Source of the DNA: an uncultured Chromatiaceae bacterium
GTDB lineage: Bacteria > Pseudomonadota > Gammaproteobacteria > SZUA-140
Assembly (NCBI GenBank): GCA_964605155.1
Contig: CAZSAK010000016.1
Location: 2,935-66,934 of the forward strand
DNA length: 64,000 nucleotides
Direction of reading: 5' to 3'
The notes below the pieces were generated by a model, which saw nothing but the letters and a program-made list of their open reading frames with translations, did no database searches and was not told where the DNA came from. Position 1 is the stretch's first letter. Every line of letters starts with the position of its first letter. Of this stretch, positions 8,871 to 18,883 are shown one piece after another. A program made the position numbers and the translations under genes.

Positions 8871-10085
8871 ATGCAATCCAAGAGAATCCGGTTTAAAAAT
8901 AGCAACGGACAGGAACTGGCGGCATATCTGGACCTGCCTGTGGCTGGAAAGCCCCACAGTTATGCAATTTATGCCCACTGTTTTACATGTGGCAAAAATC
9001 TCAAGATCAGTCATTACATAAGTCGGGCATTGACACAGCATCACATCGCCGTGCTGCGTTTTGATTTCACCGGCATCGGGGAGAGTGAAGGTGATTTTTC
9101 TCAAACCAATTTTTCGTCCAGCGTCGATGATGTAGTAAGCGCAGCGCGGTTTCTTGATGAAAATTACGAGGGACCAAAGATCCTGATTGGTCACTCCCTG
9201 GGAGGTACAGCTGTGCTGGCCGCCACGCAAGAGATATCTTCCTGCAGGGCAGTCACTATCATTGCTTCTCCCTTTGAACCGATCCATATCATGGACCACT
9301 TTGCCCGGGAGAGGAAAATCATCGAAACAAGAGGTGAGGCAGAGATTACATTAGGTGGCCAGCAATTTATCCTAAAGAAGCAGTTCCTCGATGACCTGTC
9401 TGCCACGGATATGCATGCAGTAATCAGGGAACTCAAATGCCCGCTATTGATCATCCATTCACCCAAGGATGCCACCGTAGACATAGAGAATGCCGCGCGT
9501 ATCTATCAGGCTGCACATCACCCCAAGAGTTTTATATCGCTCGATAATGCGGATCATCTGTTATCCCGGAAAGAGGATGCCTGTTATTCGGGCACAATGA
9601 TTGCCGTATGGGCAGGCAGATATCTGTATATCGAGCATCCGCCGGATGAGTCAGGAGCGGCAGGCTATACGGTAACCAGTACCGCTGAAGAGGGCTTCTA
9701 TACAGAGATCGATGCCGATGGGCACAGTATTGTCGCCGATGAACCTGTAAGTGCAGGAGGCACAAACCAGGGAGCAAGTCCGTATGAGCTGTTATCGGCC
9801 TCTCTGGGGGCATGTACGGGTATGACACTACGGATGTATGCTGATCGCAAGGGTTGGCCACTGGAAAGCGTCAATGTCAGGCTCAAGCATGATAAGATTC
9901 ATGCCGAGGATTGCGAAAACTGTCCGGAATCCCGTGCCATGATCGATGTTATTACCCGGGAAATCGAACTGATCGGTGATTTGTCGGAGTCACAGCAAGA
10001 ACGGCTCCTGGAGATCGCCAGCCGTTGCCCGGTACACCGTACCATGCAGGAAAAGGTTGCGATTACAACACGACTAATAAAATAG
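8871..10085 (+). CDS. Bifunctional alpha/beta hydrolase / OsmC-Ohr family fusion protein.
   Basis: N-terminal half has GHSLGG (nucleophile elbow) plus a downstream Asp and His. C-terminal about 140 aa is an OsmC fold (GASPYELLSASLGACTGMTLRMYADRKGWPL...CPV). Confidence 0.8.
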   Translation: MQSKRIRFKNSNGQELAAYLDLPVAGKPHSYAIYAHCFTCGKNLKISHYISRALTQHHIAVLRFDFTGIGESEGDFSQTNFSSSVDDVVSAARFLDENYEGPKILIGHSLGGTAVLAATQEISSCRAVTIIASPFEPIHIMDHFARERKIIETRGEAEITLGGQQFILKKQFLDDLSATDMHAVIRELKCPLLIIHSPKDATVDIENAARIYQAAHHPKSFISLDNADHLLSRKEDACYSGTMIAVWAGRYLYIEHPPDESGAAGYTVTSTAEEGFYTEIDADGHSIVADEPVSAGGTNQGASPYELLSASLGACTGMTLRMYADRKGWPLESVNVRLKHDKIHAEDCENCPESRAMIDVITREIELIGDLSESQQERLLEIASRCPVHRTMQEKVAITTRLIK

Positions 10086-10313
10086 ATATTGTGAAAAATT
10101 GCCATGAACATATCGATCCAGTATTCAAGCCGCGGGCTTGATACAAAACCGCTTTAATTCAGGCGCTGAATCCTTTCTTCACAAGTCCTGTCCAGGAATT
10201 TGTCCACTATTACCGTGATACTTTTGTGATACTTCTGTTATGACCCTGAGAACTGTTTACTGTGAAATAGACAAGGTAAATATTCTTTACAATCTTAATC
10301 ACAGGAGATCGCG

Positions 10314-10526
10314 ATGTATATAAAATTAATTTCAGGGTTGTTTTCGGGTTTTATACTGTTGTTAGCATTGTCAGTCGGAGGTTGCGCGACTGATGACATG
10401 CATGATGACGGCATGATGATGAAGGAAGACAAGATGATGAAAGACGACAGTATGATGAAGGATAACGGGATGATGAATGATGACAAGATGAAGGACGATG
10501 AGGGGATGATGAAGGATTCAATGTAG
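10314..10526 (+). CDS. Small Met-rich repeat lipoprotein (predicted periplasmic).
   Basis: Signal peptide with lipobox-like LSVGGC. Mature about 45 aa is about 40% Met in degenerate MMKDD/MMKxD repeats (15-18 nt DNA repeats ATGATGAAGGA...). GGAG 8 nt upstream of the ATG. Confidence 0.6.
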   Translation: MYIKLISGLFSGFILLLALSVGGCATDDMHDDGMMMKEDKMMKDDSMMKDNGMMNDDKMKDDEGMMKDSM

Positions 10527-10536
10527 GATAGACATG

Positions 10537-10577
10537 GACATTGCCCTCTCCCGTTAGGCGGGAGAGGGCACAATGTC
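10537..10577. terminator. Stem-loop between convergent genes, probably a bidirectional terminator.
   Basis: Perfect 11-bp stem GCCCTCTCCCG / CGGGAGAGGGC extended by GACATTG / CAATGTC. T-run TTTTTTATTT follows at 10584 on the + strand. Confidence 0.5.
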
Positions 10578-10587
10578 AGCGAGTTTT

Positions 10588-11211
10588 TTATTTCTTACCC
10601 CAAAGTTCCTCGAGGCGGTCATCACGTCCGCATCTGTATCGATAAAATTTATATTTCAGCTCGTGTGTTTCATGGAAATTCTGATGATAGTCTTCAGCCG
10701 GATAGAACATTGAGGCGGGGACGATTTGCGTCACAACAGAGGCACTGAACGGCTTGGTCTTTTCCAGTTTATTTTTGGATTGTTCTGCAAGTTTGTGCTG
10801 TTCCTCATTCAGATAAAAAATGGCTGAACGGTATTGGGAACCATGGTCACAAAATTGCGCATTTGCGGTAGTGGGATCGATATTGTGCCAGAAATAATCG
10901 AGCAGTTCCTTGTAGCTGACCTTGCCGGGATCATAGGTGATCCGTACTGATTCAGCGTGTCCGGTACCACCATTAGATACCTGCTCATAGCTCGGATCTT
11001 TCACGTGACCACCGGTAAATCCCGAGGTAGTGTCAATGACACCGGGTATCTTGTCGAAGTCTGCTTCCACGCACCAGAAGCAACCCCCGGCGAAGATCGC
11101 GATTTTGTATTGGTGGTCATCCATCATACTATTCGCGGATGCATGCATGGCGTGTGATGTACTGTATAGCACCAGGGAGATCAACAACATCAGGCTCTTT
11201 TTCAGGATCAT
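10588..11211 (-). CDS. msrA: Peptide methionine-S-sulfoxide reductase MsrA, secreted (Sec signal peptide).
   Basis: GGCFWC active-site motif. Start chosen at MILKKSLMLLISLVLYSTSHAMHASA (signal peptide), 25 nt after the msrB stop. The track ORF extends to 11343 in-frame inside msrB. Confidence 0.85.
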   Translation of the reverse strand: MILKKSLMLLISLVLYSTSHAMHASANSMMDDHQYKIAIFAGGCFWCVEADFDKIPGVIDTTSGFTGGHVKDPSYEQVSNGGTGHAESVRITYDPGKVSYKELLDYFWHNIDPTTANAQFCDHGSQYRSAIFYLNEEQHKLAEQSKNKLEKTKPFSASVVTQIVPASMFYPAEDYHQNFHETHELKYKFYRYRCGRDDRLEELWGKK

Positions 11212-11236
11212 TACATTACCTCTGTAAAAAATGGTG

Positions 11237-11743
11237 TTACGCCGGAATAAAATCGAGTGCCAGACCGTTATTGCACCAACGCTGTCCGGTGGGTTCCGGT
11301 CCATCATCAAAGACATGTCCCTGATGACCGCCACATCGGGCACAATGGTATTCCGTGCGGGGAATGATCATTTTCCAGTCCCGTTTTGTTTCGACTGCAC
11401 CGGCAAGTGTGGTGTAGAAACTCGGCCACCCGGTACCACTGTCATATTTCATATCGGAGGTAAACAAGGGAAGTGCACAACCGGCACAGACATAGGTACC
11501 TTTGCGCTTTTCATCGTTTAATGGGCTGGAATGGGCTTCTTCAGTCTCTTCTTCCCGCAGTATATGGAATTCATCGGGCGTAAGGATGGCCCGCCATTCC
11601 TCTTCGGTCTTGACGATCTTATCGATCTTGCCGCTGCCTGCAGGCATGTCACTGTCTCCAAAGGTCCTTGATATGATGAGAGGCAGGACTGTCAGTCCCA
11701 GGCTCCCGAGGATGAAATGTCGTCTGTTCATCATGGTCTCCAT
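11237..11743 (-). CDS. msrB: Peptide methionine-R-sulfoxide reductase MsrB with a twin-arginine (Tat) signal.
   Basis: N-terminus MNRRHFILGSLGLTVLPLI (RRxFIL Tat motif). CxxC...CxxC zinc site (CAGC, CARCGGH) and SelR catalytic region. Confidence 0.85.
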   Translation of the reverse strand: METMMNRRHFILGSLGLTVLPLIISRTFGDSDMPAGSGKIDKIVKTEEEWRAILTPDEFHILREEETEEAHSSPLNDEKRKGTYVCAGCALPLFTSDMKYDSGTGWPSFYTTLAGAVETKRDWKMIIPRTEYHCARCGGHQGHVFDDGPEPTGQRWCNNGLALDFIPA

Positions 11744-11829
11744 GAATGCTGTCTTGTTGTTAGATAATCATACGGACTGTATATCACCTGCTTATCGCAA
11801 AATGATCACAATTTTATAACATCGGGATT

Positions 11830-13197
11830 TCAGGCGGTTTTACGGCTACCTGTAGCCGGATTTTTCAGTGGGGTTGCATGGAGATCATGTGTATCTGAAT
11901 CAGTGATTCTCACATCGACAAAATCACCGGGTTGGAGGGTATTATCAGGTGACAGGATAACGACACCGTCGATTTCTGGAGCATCAGCGTGACTGCGGGC
12001 GATAATTTCATTTTCGGTGACCTCATCGACCAGTACTGTCAAGATATTTCCGATATGTCGCTGCAGCCTGGTGGCACTGATGGATTCCTGTGTTGCCATA
12101 AACTCGGCCATCCGTTCCTGCTTGATTTCCTCCGGTACGTGACCGGGTAACGAGTTGGCGGCGGCGCCTGCGACCGGCGAATAGGTAAAGCAACCTACAC
12201 GGTCAAGCTGAGCCTCATTCAGGAAATCCAGCAGACACTCGAAATCCTGCCGGGTTTCACCCGGAAACCCCACGATGAAGGTACTGCGGATAGTGATGTC
12301 AGGACAGATCTGCCGCCAACGCCGGATTCGATGCAATACATTTTCACTGTGGGCGGGCCGCCTCATGGCCCTGAGTATCGCAGGACTGGCATGCTGGAAC
12401 GGTATGTCCAGATAAGGTAATACCTTGCCTTCAGCCATTAACGGGATAATATCGTCGACATTTGAATACGGGTAGACATAGTGCAGTCTGATCCATACAC
12501 CCAGATTACCCAACGTATTAGCCAGATCATACAAACGTGTTTTTAACGGACGCCCTTCCCAGAATCCGGTGCGGTATTTCACATCCACGCCGTAAGCGCT
12601 GGTGTCCTGAGAAATAACGAGCAGTTCCTTGACTCCTGCATTGACGAGGTTGTGTGCCTCCTGCATTATTTCACCGATCGGACGGCTGACCAGTTTCCCT
12701 CGCATGGATGGTATGATGCAGAAACTGCAACGGTGATTGCATCCTTCCGAGATCTTCAGGTAGGCATAGTGTCCGGGGGTTAGCCTGATACCTTGCGGGG
12801 GTATCAGGCTGTTGTAAGGGTCATGTAACGGTGGCAGCTGATGATGTACCGCCGCCATGACATCCGTCAAGGCATGCGGCCCGGTCACGGCCAATACCTG
12901 GGGAAAATTCTTTCTGACTATATCCGCCTTTGCCCCCAGGCAGCCGGTGACAATGACCTTGCCGTTTTCATCGATGGCTTCCCCGATGGCCTCAAGCGAT
13001 TCTTCAATAGCAGTATCGATAAAGCCGCAGGTATTTACGATCACCAGGTCGGCATTTTCATAATCGGGGCAGATCTCATAACCCTCTGCACGCAAACGGG
13101 TGATGATCCCTTCGGAGTCAACCAGCGCTTTCGGACAACCGAGGCTGACAAAGCCGACTCTCCCGGTTCCGGAACTATTGTATTGTAAAATACTCAT
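11830..13197 (-). CDS. rimO: Ribosomal protein S12 methylthiotransferase RimO.
   Basis: [29 protein letters not shown]..., radical-SAM CNHRCSFC and a TRAM domain. Collinear with E. coli RimO. Confidence 0.9.
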   Translation of the reverse strand: MSILQYNSSGTGRVGFVSLGCPKALVDSEGIITRLRAEGYEICPDYENADLVIVNTCGFIDTAIEESLEAIGEAIDENGKVIVTGCLGAKADIVRKNFPQVLAVTGPHALTDVMAAVHHQLPPLHDPYNSLIPPQGIRLTPGHYAYLKISEGCNHRCSFCIIPSMRGKLVSRPIGEIMQEAHNLVNAGVKELLVISQDTSAYGVDVKYRTGFWEGRPLKTRLYDLANTLGNLGVWIRLHYVYPYSNVDDIIPLMAEGKVLPYLDIPFQHASPAILRAMRRPAHSENVLHRIRRWRQICPDITIRSTFIVGFPGETRQDFECLLDFLNEAQLDRVGCFTYSPVAGAAANSLPGHVPEEIKQERMAEFMATQESISATRLQRHIGNILTVLVDEVTENEIIARSHADAPEIDGVVILSPDNTLQPGDFVDVRITDSDTHDLHATPLKNPATGSRKTA

Positions 13198-13272
13198 AGT
13201 GATATAGTATACCAACACTCATTTATCCATACTCGATTTCTTGAACAACGCCGACCCCCTGATGCAGTATCA

Positions 13273-14466
13273 GTGAAAATCCGTTATCCAAAGACATTTC
13301 TGTTCATCATTATAGTAGCTGCCGCTATAGCCGCTTTCGTATTGATCTTGCCTGAATCTACCCAACCGCAATCGCCTGGTTACGCGTTGTACACATTGAA
13401 ACGAGGCGATATTACCGCAACGGTTTCTGCAACCGGCACAGTTAATCCGCTCATAACCGTTCAGGTCGGCAGCCAGGTCTCCGGTACCATCCAGGATCTT
13501 TATGCTGACTTTAATACACTGGTACACAAAGGTGATGTGATTGCCCAGATAGATCCCGCGCTGTTCAAGGCAAGTCTGGCCGAGGCGCAGGCCAGTCTCA
13601 AAAGTGCACAGGCGGCGCGTGAGAAGGCCGCAGTGGAGGTGGAGGATACCAAACGTAAACTGGCACGGGTGGAGGGGCTGCGCAAGCAGAATCTGGTTGC
13701 CGAGAGCGAGGTCGATGTTGCCAGATTTGAATACGAGGGGGCGGTGGCGGAACATCAGTTAAGATCCGCTGCGGTGGAACAGGCTGAGGCGGCCCGCAAT
13801 CGCCAACAGGTGAATCTTGATTACACAACGATATACGCACCCATCGACGGTGTCGTGATATCACGTGATGTCGATGTTGGACAAACCGTGGCTGCCAGTT
13901 TACAGGCACCTACCTTGTTTACTATCGCACACGATCTGGCGCGAATGCAGATTGAAACCGATGTCGATGAGGCATTCATCGGTATGATTGACCAGGGACA
14001 AGAGGTCACATTCACTGTTTTTGCCTATCCGGATAGAAAGTTCAAGGGCAATGTTGCCCAGGTACGATTGAATCCTACTGTCGAAGCGGGTGTAGTAAAG
14101 TATAACTGTATCATCCATGTCGATAACGAGGACCTGGCACTGAAACCGGGAATGACTGCAACCGTCGCGATCGAGGTAGCACACCGTGACAATGTCTTCA
14201 AGGTACCAAATGCTGCGCTGCGTTATATCCCGGACTGGCCTGAGGAACGCCTGCAACAGATTCGGGAAGGCCTGAAAACTAATGAAGCAATAGTCTGGCA
14301 GCCCGGGACCAGGGAACTCAAGCCGATAAAGGTTCGCATGGGGATCGTTGCAGATAAAGAAACCGAGGTCATTTCCGATGAATTGCAGGAAGGGTTGAAG
14401 ATAGCCATACCTGGCAATCCGGTCGAGAGTGAAAGAAGACGGCGTTTTGGCCTGAGCCTGTTCTAG
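13273..14466 (+). CDS. Efflux periplasmic adaptor (MacA/HlyD family).
   Basis: TM anchor then coiled coil; conserved MFP C-terminal domain. Divergent from rimO. Confidence 0.85.
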   Translation: MKIRYPKTFLFIIIVAAAIAAFVLILPESTQPQSPGYALYTLKRGDITATVSATGTVNPLITVQVGSQVSGTIQDLYADFNTLVHKGDVIAQIDPALFKASLAEAQASLKSAQAAREKAAVEVEDTKRKLARVEGLRKQNLVAESEVDVARFEYEGAVAEHQLRSAAVEQAEAARNRQQVNLDYTTIYAPIDGVVISRDVDVGQTVAASLQAPTLFTIAHDLARMQIETDVDEAFIGMIDQGQEVTFTVFAYPDRKFKGNVAQVRLNPTVEAGVVKYNCIIHVDNEDLALKPGMTATVAIEVAHRDNVFKVPNAALRYIPDWPEERLQQIREGLKTNEAIVWQPGTRELKPIKVRMGIVADKETEVISDELQEGLKIAIPGNPVESERRRRFGLSLF

Positions 14467-14471
14467 TTTCC

Positions 14472-15149
14472 GTGGAAACCAACCTTATACAAATGTCAGG
14501 GGTACACAAATCCTATGCCCTCGATGGTGTGAAGGTCCATGCGTTGCGTGGTATAGACCTGAGCGTCCCACAGGGAGAGTATCTTGCCATCATGGGACCC
14601 TCAGGGTCGGGAAAATCCACCCTGATGAATATCCTTGGATGTCTTGATATTCCGGATGAAGGCAGTTACCTGCTTAATGGCGAGGATGTCTCACACATGC
14701 AGGGTGATGAGCTTGCAAGGCTGCGCAATCGTGAAATAGGGTTCGTCTTCCAGAATTTCAATCTCTTATCAAGGACAACGGCGATCGAAAATGTGGAAAC
14801 ACCGCTGATTTATGCCGGAATCGGCAAGAAGGCACGACGTCAAAAGGCGCAGGACATGTTACAGCGTATGGGCCTGGGTGATCGGATATATCATATGCCC
14901 AACCAGCTGTCAGGAGGCCAACAGCAACGAGTCGCGATAGCCCGGGCGCTGGTCACCCGCCCGTCTTTATTGCTGGCTGATGAACCGACCGGTAACATGG
15001 ATTCCGTGACCAGCGCAGAATTTCTCAACTTGCTGGAAAAACTGAATATTGAGGATGGGTTAATGATCGTGTTGATCACTCATGAAACGGAGGTTGCTGC
15101 ACGTGCACGGCGCAGATTGACCTTGCGTGACGGCCGCCTGGAGACATGA
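14472..15149 (+). CDS. ABC transporter ATP-binding protein (MacB-type ATPase domain).
   Basis: GPSGSGKST, LSGGQQQRVAIARA, LLADEPTGNMD. Paralogue of the 2194-2874 gene. Confidence 0.9.
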   Translation: METNLIQMSGVHKSYALDGVKVHALRGIDLSVPQGEYLAIMGPSGSGKSTLMNILGCLDIPDEGSYLLNGEDVSHMQGDELARLRNREIGFVFQNFNLLSRTTAIENVETPLIYAGIGKKARRQKAQDMLQRMGLGDRIYHMPNQLSGGQQQRVAIARALVTRPSLLLADEPTGNMDSVTSAEFLNLLEKLNIEDGLMIVLITHETEVAARARRRLTLRDGRLET

Positions 15150-16366
15150 TGATGGAGTGGGGTGCGGCAATCCAACTTGCTCTGTCAGCTTTGTGGCGTA
15201 ACAAGATACGCGCAATGTTGACGACGTTGGGTGTAGTGATCGGTGTCGCATCGGTGATCGCCATGGTATCCATCGGGTCGGGAGCCCAAAAACGTGTCGC
15301 CGAACAAATGGAAAGTATGGGCACCAATAATCTGGTAGTACGACCCGGCAGTACATTTCATGGCGGCGTTCAAACGGGTGCCGGCACTTCACAAAAACTG
15401 ACGCGAGAAGACGCTGAGGCGTTGCGTGATATACCGGGTGTTGTCGCCGTCGCCCCGAGTGTCCGGGCTACGGAACAACTGCGCTATCGCGGCACAAACT
15501 GGAATACCGATATCGAAGGTGTGACACCTGATTATATTGCAGTGCGTTCCTGGCCGGTTGAAGAAGGATCATTTTTCACTGATCAGCATGTCGCTTCGGC
15601 AGCGCATGTCTGTGTCCTCGGACGGACAGTTGTTCGTGAATTGTTCGGCTTGGCAAACCCCATTGGAGAATCGATCCTGTTGAAAGGCCTGTCGTGCAAT
15701 GTACTGGGTATACTGAGCACAAAGGGGGCATCTCCATGGGGCTCGGACCAGGATGATACGGTCATGATGCCTATCACCACTGTGCAAAGAAAAATCAGGG
15801 GTATTACTCATATAGACCGTATGGAAATCCAGACATCCGGCCGTGAAGCATCGTTCCGGGTAAAGACCGAGGTAACGAGAATCCTGCGACAACGTCATCG
15901 CTTACAGGAAGAACAGGAAGATGATTTCAGGATCTTCAACCGTGCAGAACTCGCCCAGGCATCTGAAGAGAGTGCGCGGGTGTTTACCTGGTTACTGGGT
16001 AGTATTGCGTCAGTGTCGTTATTGGTTGGCGGTATAGGTATCATGAATATCATGCTGGTCTCGGTAACGGAACGTACACGTGAAATCGGTATCCGTATGG
16101 CACTTGGCGCCAGGCGCCAGGATATTCTCTGGCAGTTTTTACTGGAGGCGCTCATGTTGAGTTGTGCAGGCGGAATTTTGGGGATCCTGCTGGGTCTGGG
16201 CAGTGCAACCATCCTGGCCAGATTTTCGGAATTTCCAATTACCATCACCACGTGGTCCATTACGGTTGCGTTCTTGTTTTCAGCACTGGTAGGGATATTT
16301 TTCGGTATTCACCCTGCAAGGAGGGCCTCGAGCCTGCGACCCATCGAGGCATTAAGATATGAATAG
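15146..16366 (+). CDS. ABC transporter permease (FtsX/MacB family).
   Basis: 406 aa. TM, periplasmic domain, three C-terminal TMs with TEIGIRMALGARRQDI. Confidence 0.85.
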   Translation: MMMEWGAAIQLALSALWRNKIRAMLTTLGVVIGVASVIAMVSIGSGAQKRVAEQMESMGTNNLVVRPGSTFHGGVQTGAGTSQKLTREDAEALRDIPGVVAVAPSVRATEQLRYRGTNWNTDIEGVTPDYIAVRSWPVEEGSFFTDQHVASAAHVCVLGRTVVRELFGLANPIGESILLKGLSCNVLGILSTKGASPWGSDQDDTVMMPITTVQRKIRGITHIDRMEIQTSGREASFRVKTEVTRILRQRHRLQEEQEDDFRIFNRAELAQASEESARVFTWLLGSIASVSLLVGGIGIMNIMLVSVTERTREIGIRMALGARRQDILWQFLLEALMLSCAGGILGILLGLGSATILARFSEFPITITTWSITVAFLFSALVGIFFGIHPARRASSLRPIEALRYE

Positions 16367-16376
16367 ATGATTATCC

Positions 16377-17315
16377 GTGGCGGAGTCATCCAGAAAAGTT
16401 ATCTATGCCGCGCTGGCCGGTAATACCTTGATAGCAATTACCAAATTTATTGCGGCCGGTATCACCGGGAGTTCCGCCATGTTATCTGAAGGGATTCACT
16501 CAATGGTGGATACGGGTAATCAGGGTCTACTGTTGCACGGCATGCATCAGGCACAAAAGCCACCCAGTGACCGTTTTCCCTTTGGTCACGGCAAGGAGAT
16601 CTATTTCTGGAGTTTTGTGGTTGCCATCCTGATTTTTGCCCTGGGTTCCGGAATCTCCATCTACGAAGGCATCGTGCATATCCTGCATCCTGAACCGATC
16701 AAAAACCCGATGGTGAATTATTTTGTCCTCGGAGCGGCATTGATCTTTGAAGGTATAGCCTGGTTGATTGCTTTATCCGAATTCAGCAAGGCTAAGGGTA
16801 AATGGGGTTATATCGAGGCTGTAAGACGTGGTAAGGACCCGACTAAGTTCGTGGTATTGTTCGAGGACTCAGCGGCCATGTTGGGTCTCGTGGTTGCATT
16901 CATGGGTATATGGTTGTCCAGCACAAAGGGTATCGTGCTGGGTGACGGCATCGCCTCGGTTATCATCGGATTGATTCTCGGTGGCACAGCTGTATGGCTC
17001 GCTTATGAAACCAAGGGACTACTCATTGGCGAAAGTGCAAATATACGTGTTATAGAAGGTATCCGGGCCATCTTACGGGAGTTTGCAGAGATCGACCAGG
17101 TCAATGAAGTGTTAACGATGCATATGGGGCCGGAGTATATCCTGGTAAACATCAGTATAGATTTTCAGGACAGACTGTCCGCCAATCAACTGGAAGAGGT
17201 CATTGCCGAGATGGATCAGCAGATAAAACAGGCCTATCCGGACGTCAAAAGAATTTTTATCGAAGCCGAGTCGTGGCAGATCAATCGCGAGATGTCGGAT
17301 AACCGGTTCCAGTGA
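16377..17315 (+). CDS. Cation diffusion facilitator (CDF) family divalent-metal efflux transporter.
   Basis: Six TM segments with HSMVDTGNQ (TM2 metal site) and HxxxD in TM5. C-terminal cytoplasmic domain. Confidence 0.85.
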   Translation: MAESSRKVIYAALAGNTLIAITKFIAAGITGSSAMLSEGIHSMVDTGNQGLLLHGMHQAQKPPSDRFPFGHGKEIYFWSFVVAILIFALGSGISIYEGIVHILHPEPIKNPMVNYFVLGAALIFEGIAWLIALSEFSKAKGKWGYIEAVRRGKDPTKFVVLFEDSAAMLGLVVAFMGIWLSSTKGIVLGDGIASVIIGLILGGTAVWLAYETKGLLIGESANIRVIEGIRAILREFAEIDQVNEVLTMHMGPEYILVNISIDFQDRLSANQLEEVIAEMDQQIKQAYPDVKRIFIEAESWQINREMSDNRFQ

Positions 17316-17515
17316 ATTTATTTAATATAGAAGGGAATTTATAGAAAACCCAACAAGGGCACAATGGAGACTGTGAACCGCACCAATATCTTGATGAAGA
17401 AAAACAAATCCTGCAAAAATCTATGTTGCGAAACCATACCGGTACAGGACAGTGTTTGGTGATGAAATGCTTAAGGGAGTTTTCCAGGTAATGTTTTTGC
17501 AACAAGCTTGCACAT

Positions 17516-17776
17516 ATGAACGATTGTGTCGAGTGTCATACAGTGAGTGTTGCTACAGTTGGACCATCATGGATAGCTGTTGCTGAACGTTACAAGTCAC
17601 TGTTACGCATCGAAGCCAGGAACATATTGATTGAGAGTGTCAAGAAGGGTAGTAAGGGGAAGTGGCTGACAATGAAAAGTGCCGGAGGAATGCCGCCCCT
17701 GGAGGAGCGGGTTTCAGGGGCGGATATTGACGAGTTCAGTGGATTTTATTCTGTCAGTGAATCGGACATACAGTGA
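17516..17776 (+). pseudogene. Cytochrome c551/c552-like (class I c-type) fragment lacking a signal peptide.
   Basis: CVECH heme-binding motif 4 residues from the start. Downstream VGPSW...Y...GSKGKW...MPP matches the c551 pattern. In-frame TAA 27 nt upstream and no signal peptide in any frame. Confidence 0.5.
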
Positions 17777-17799
17777 AGTTAGTTGATGATCAGGTGTGA

Positions 17800-18288
17800 T
17801 TATTCATGATCATGGCCGCCTGCTCCGTGCACATGGCCGTGCTCGATCTCTTCAGCTGTCGCATCACGGACATCGACGACCTTGATGTCAAAATTAAGAT
17901 TGACACCCGCGAGCGGATGATTGCCGTCGATGGTAATATTTTCGCCCTCGATATCTGTAATCGTAATGATCATAGGTTGTTTATCCGGTGTTTCGCCTTG
18001 AAACTGCATGCCTACCTCAATATTTTCAACCGATTCAAAAATATCGCGTGACACCACCTGGGTAAGTTGTTCATTGCGCTGACCATAGCCTTCGTCTGGA
18101 CTTATCTTTACAGACAGTTCTTCACCCGTTTTTTTGCCGGAGAGTGCATTTTCCAGTCCCAGTATGATATTGCCTGCGCCATGAAGATAGGATAAGGCCT
18201 CGCGACCCTCCGAGGTATCGAGTAGGTTGCCTTCGTCATCTCTTAAGGTATATTCGATACTGACAACAGAGTTATTGGCAATTTGCAT
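17800..18288 (-). CDS. slyD: FKBP-type peptidyl-prolyl isomerase SlyD with a His-rich metal-binding tail.
   Basis: FKBP domain with an IF insertion. C-terminal EHGHVHGAGGHDHE. Confidence 0.85.
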   Translation of the reverse strand: MQIANNSVVSIEYTLRDDEGNLLDTSEGREALSYLHGAGNIILGLENALSGKKTGEELSVKISPDEGYGQRNEQLTQVVSRDIFESVENIEVGMQFQGETPDKQPMIITITDIEGENITIDGNHPLAGVNLNFDIKVVDVRDATAEEIEHGHVHGAGGHDHE

Positions 18289-18515
18289 TGAGAACCTCTT
18301 TCTGGAATATATTCAAAAACATACAGCAATTTTTTTACAACACTCAAGATATACGTGCCACGTCACGATGAAGCTGATAGCCGGATAAATCCTGTGGTAT
18401 ATACAGTTATCCTAACAGTTATAAAGGACAGATGCCATTATTGCGTATATTTGGATCATGTCTGATAAACAATCAAAAGGCTTGGTGTAATGATATTCGA
18501 TGAAGGTGACTTATC

Positions 18516-18818
18516 ATGGCCGGGATATCCATGACCGATACCGCTGTTCAGTGGTATATCTATATAGTCAGATGTTCGGATGACAGTCTATATACAGGTA
18601 TCACTACAGACATCAAACGGCGAATGCGGGCACACAACAATGATACCGGACCATCAACAGCAAAGTACACACGAGCAAGAAGACCGGTATATCTGGTATA
18701 CCAGGAAACAGCCACGTCAAGGTCACATGCAGCCAGACGTGAGAGCGAGATAAAAAACCTGAGCCGGCGGGATAAAGAACTCCTAATTGACGGATGTAAG
18801 GCTGGAAGTTACTTGTAG
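18516..18818 (+). CDS. GIY-YIG nuclease family protein (UPF0213/YhbQ-like).
   Basis: WYIYIVRCSDDSLYTGITTDIKRRMRAHN...ESEIKNLSRRDKELL. Confidence 0.75.
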   Translation: MAGISMTDTAVQWYIYIVRCSDDSLYTGITTDIKRRMRAHNNDTGPSTAKYTRARRPVYLVYQETATSRSHAARRESEIKNLSRRDKELLIDGCKAGSYL

Positions 18819-18883
18819 TTTCCACAAAGTTTATGGTGCCTGTATCCTGAAAGAAAATAATCGTATGTTCAATCGAATTTATA

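Noticed and set aside
10295-10573. 92-aa minus-strand ORF antisense to the Met-rich lipoprotein gene, with SSFII repeats.
   Set aside because: It is a mirror-image artefact of the ATGATGAAGGA DNA repeats. It has no SD and overlaps the terminator hairpin.
13598-13909. Proline-rich 103-aa ORF (PPPPPR...) on the minus strand.
   Set aside because: It is antisense within the well-supported MFP adaptor gene. GC-rich coding regions commonly give such reverse-frame ORFs.
17800-18051. 81-aa plus-strand ORF inside slyD.
   Set aside because: It is antisense to a gene with clear FKBP and His-tail features.
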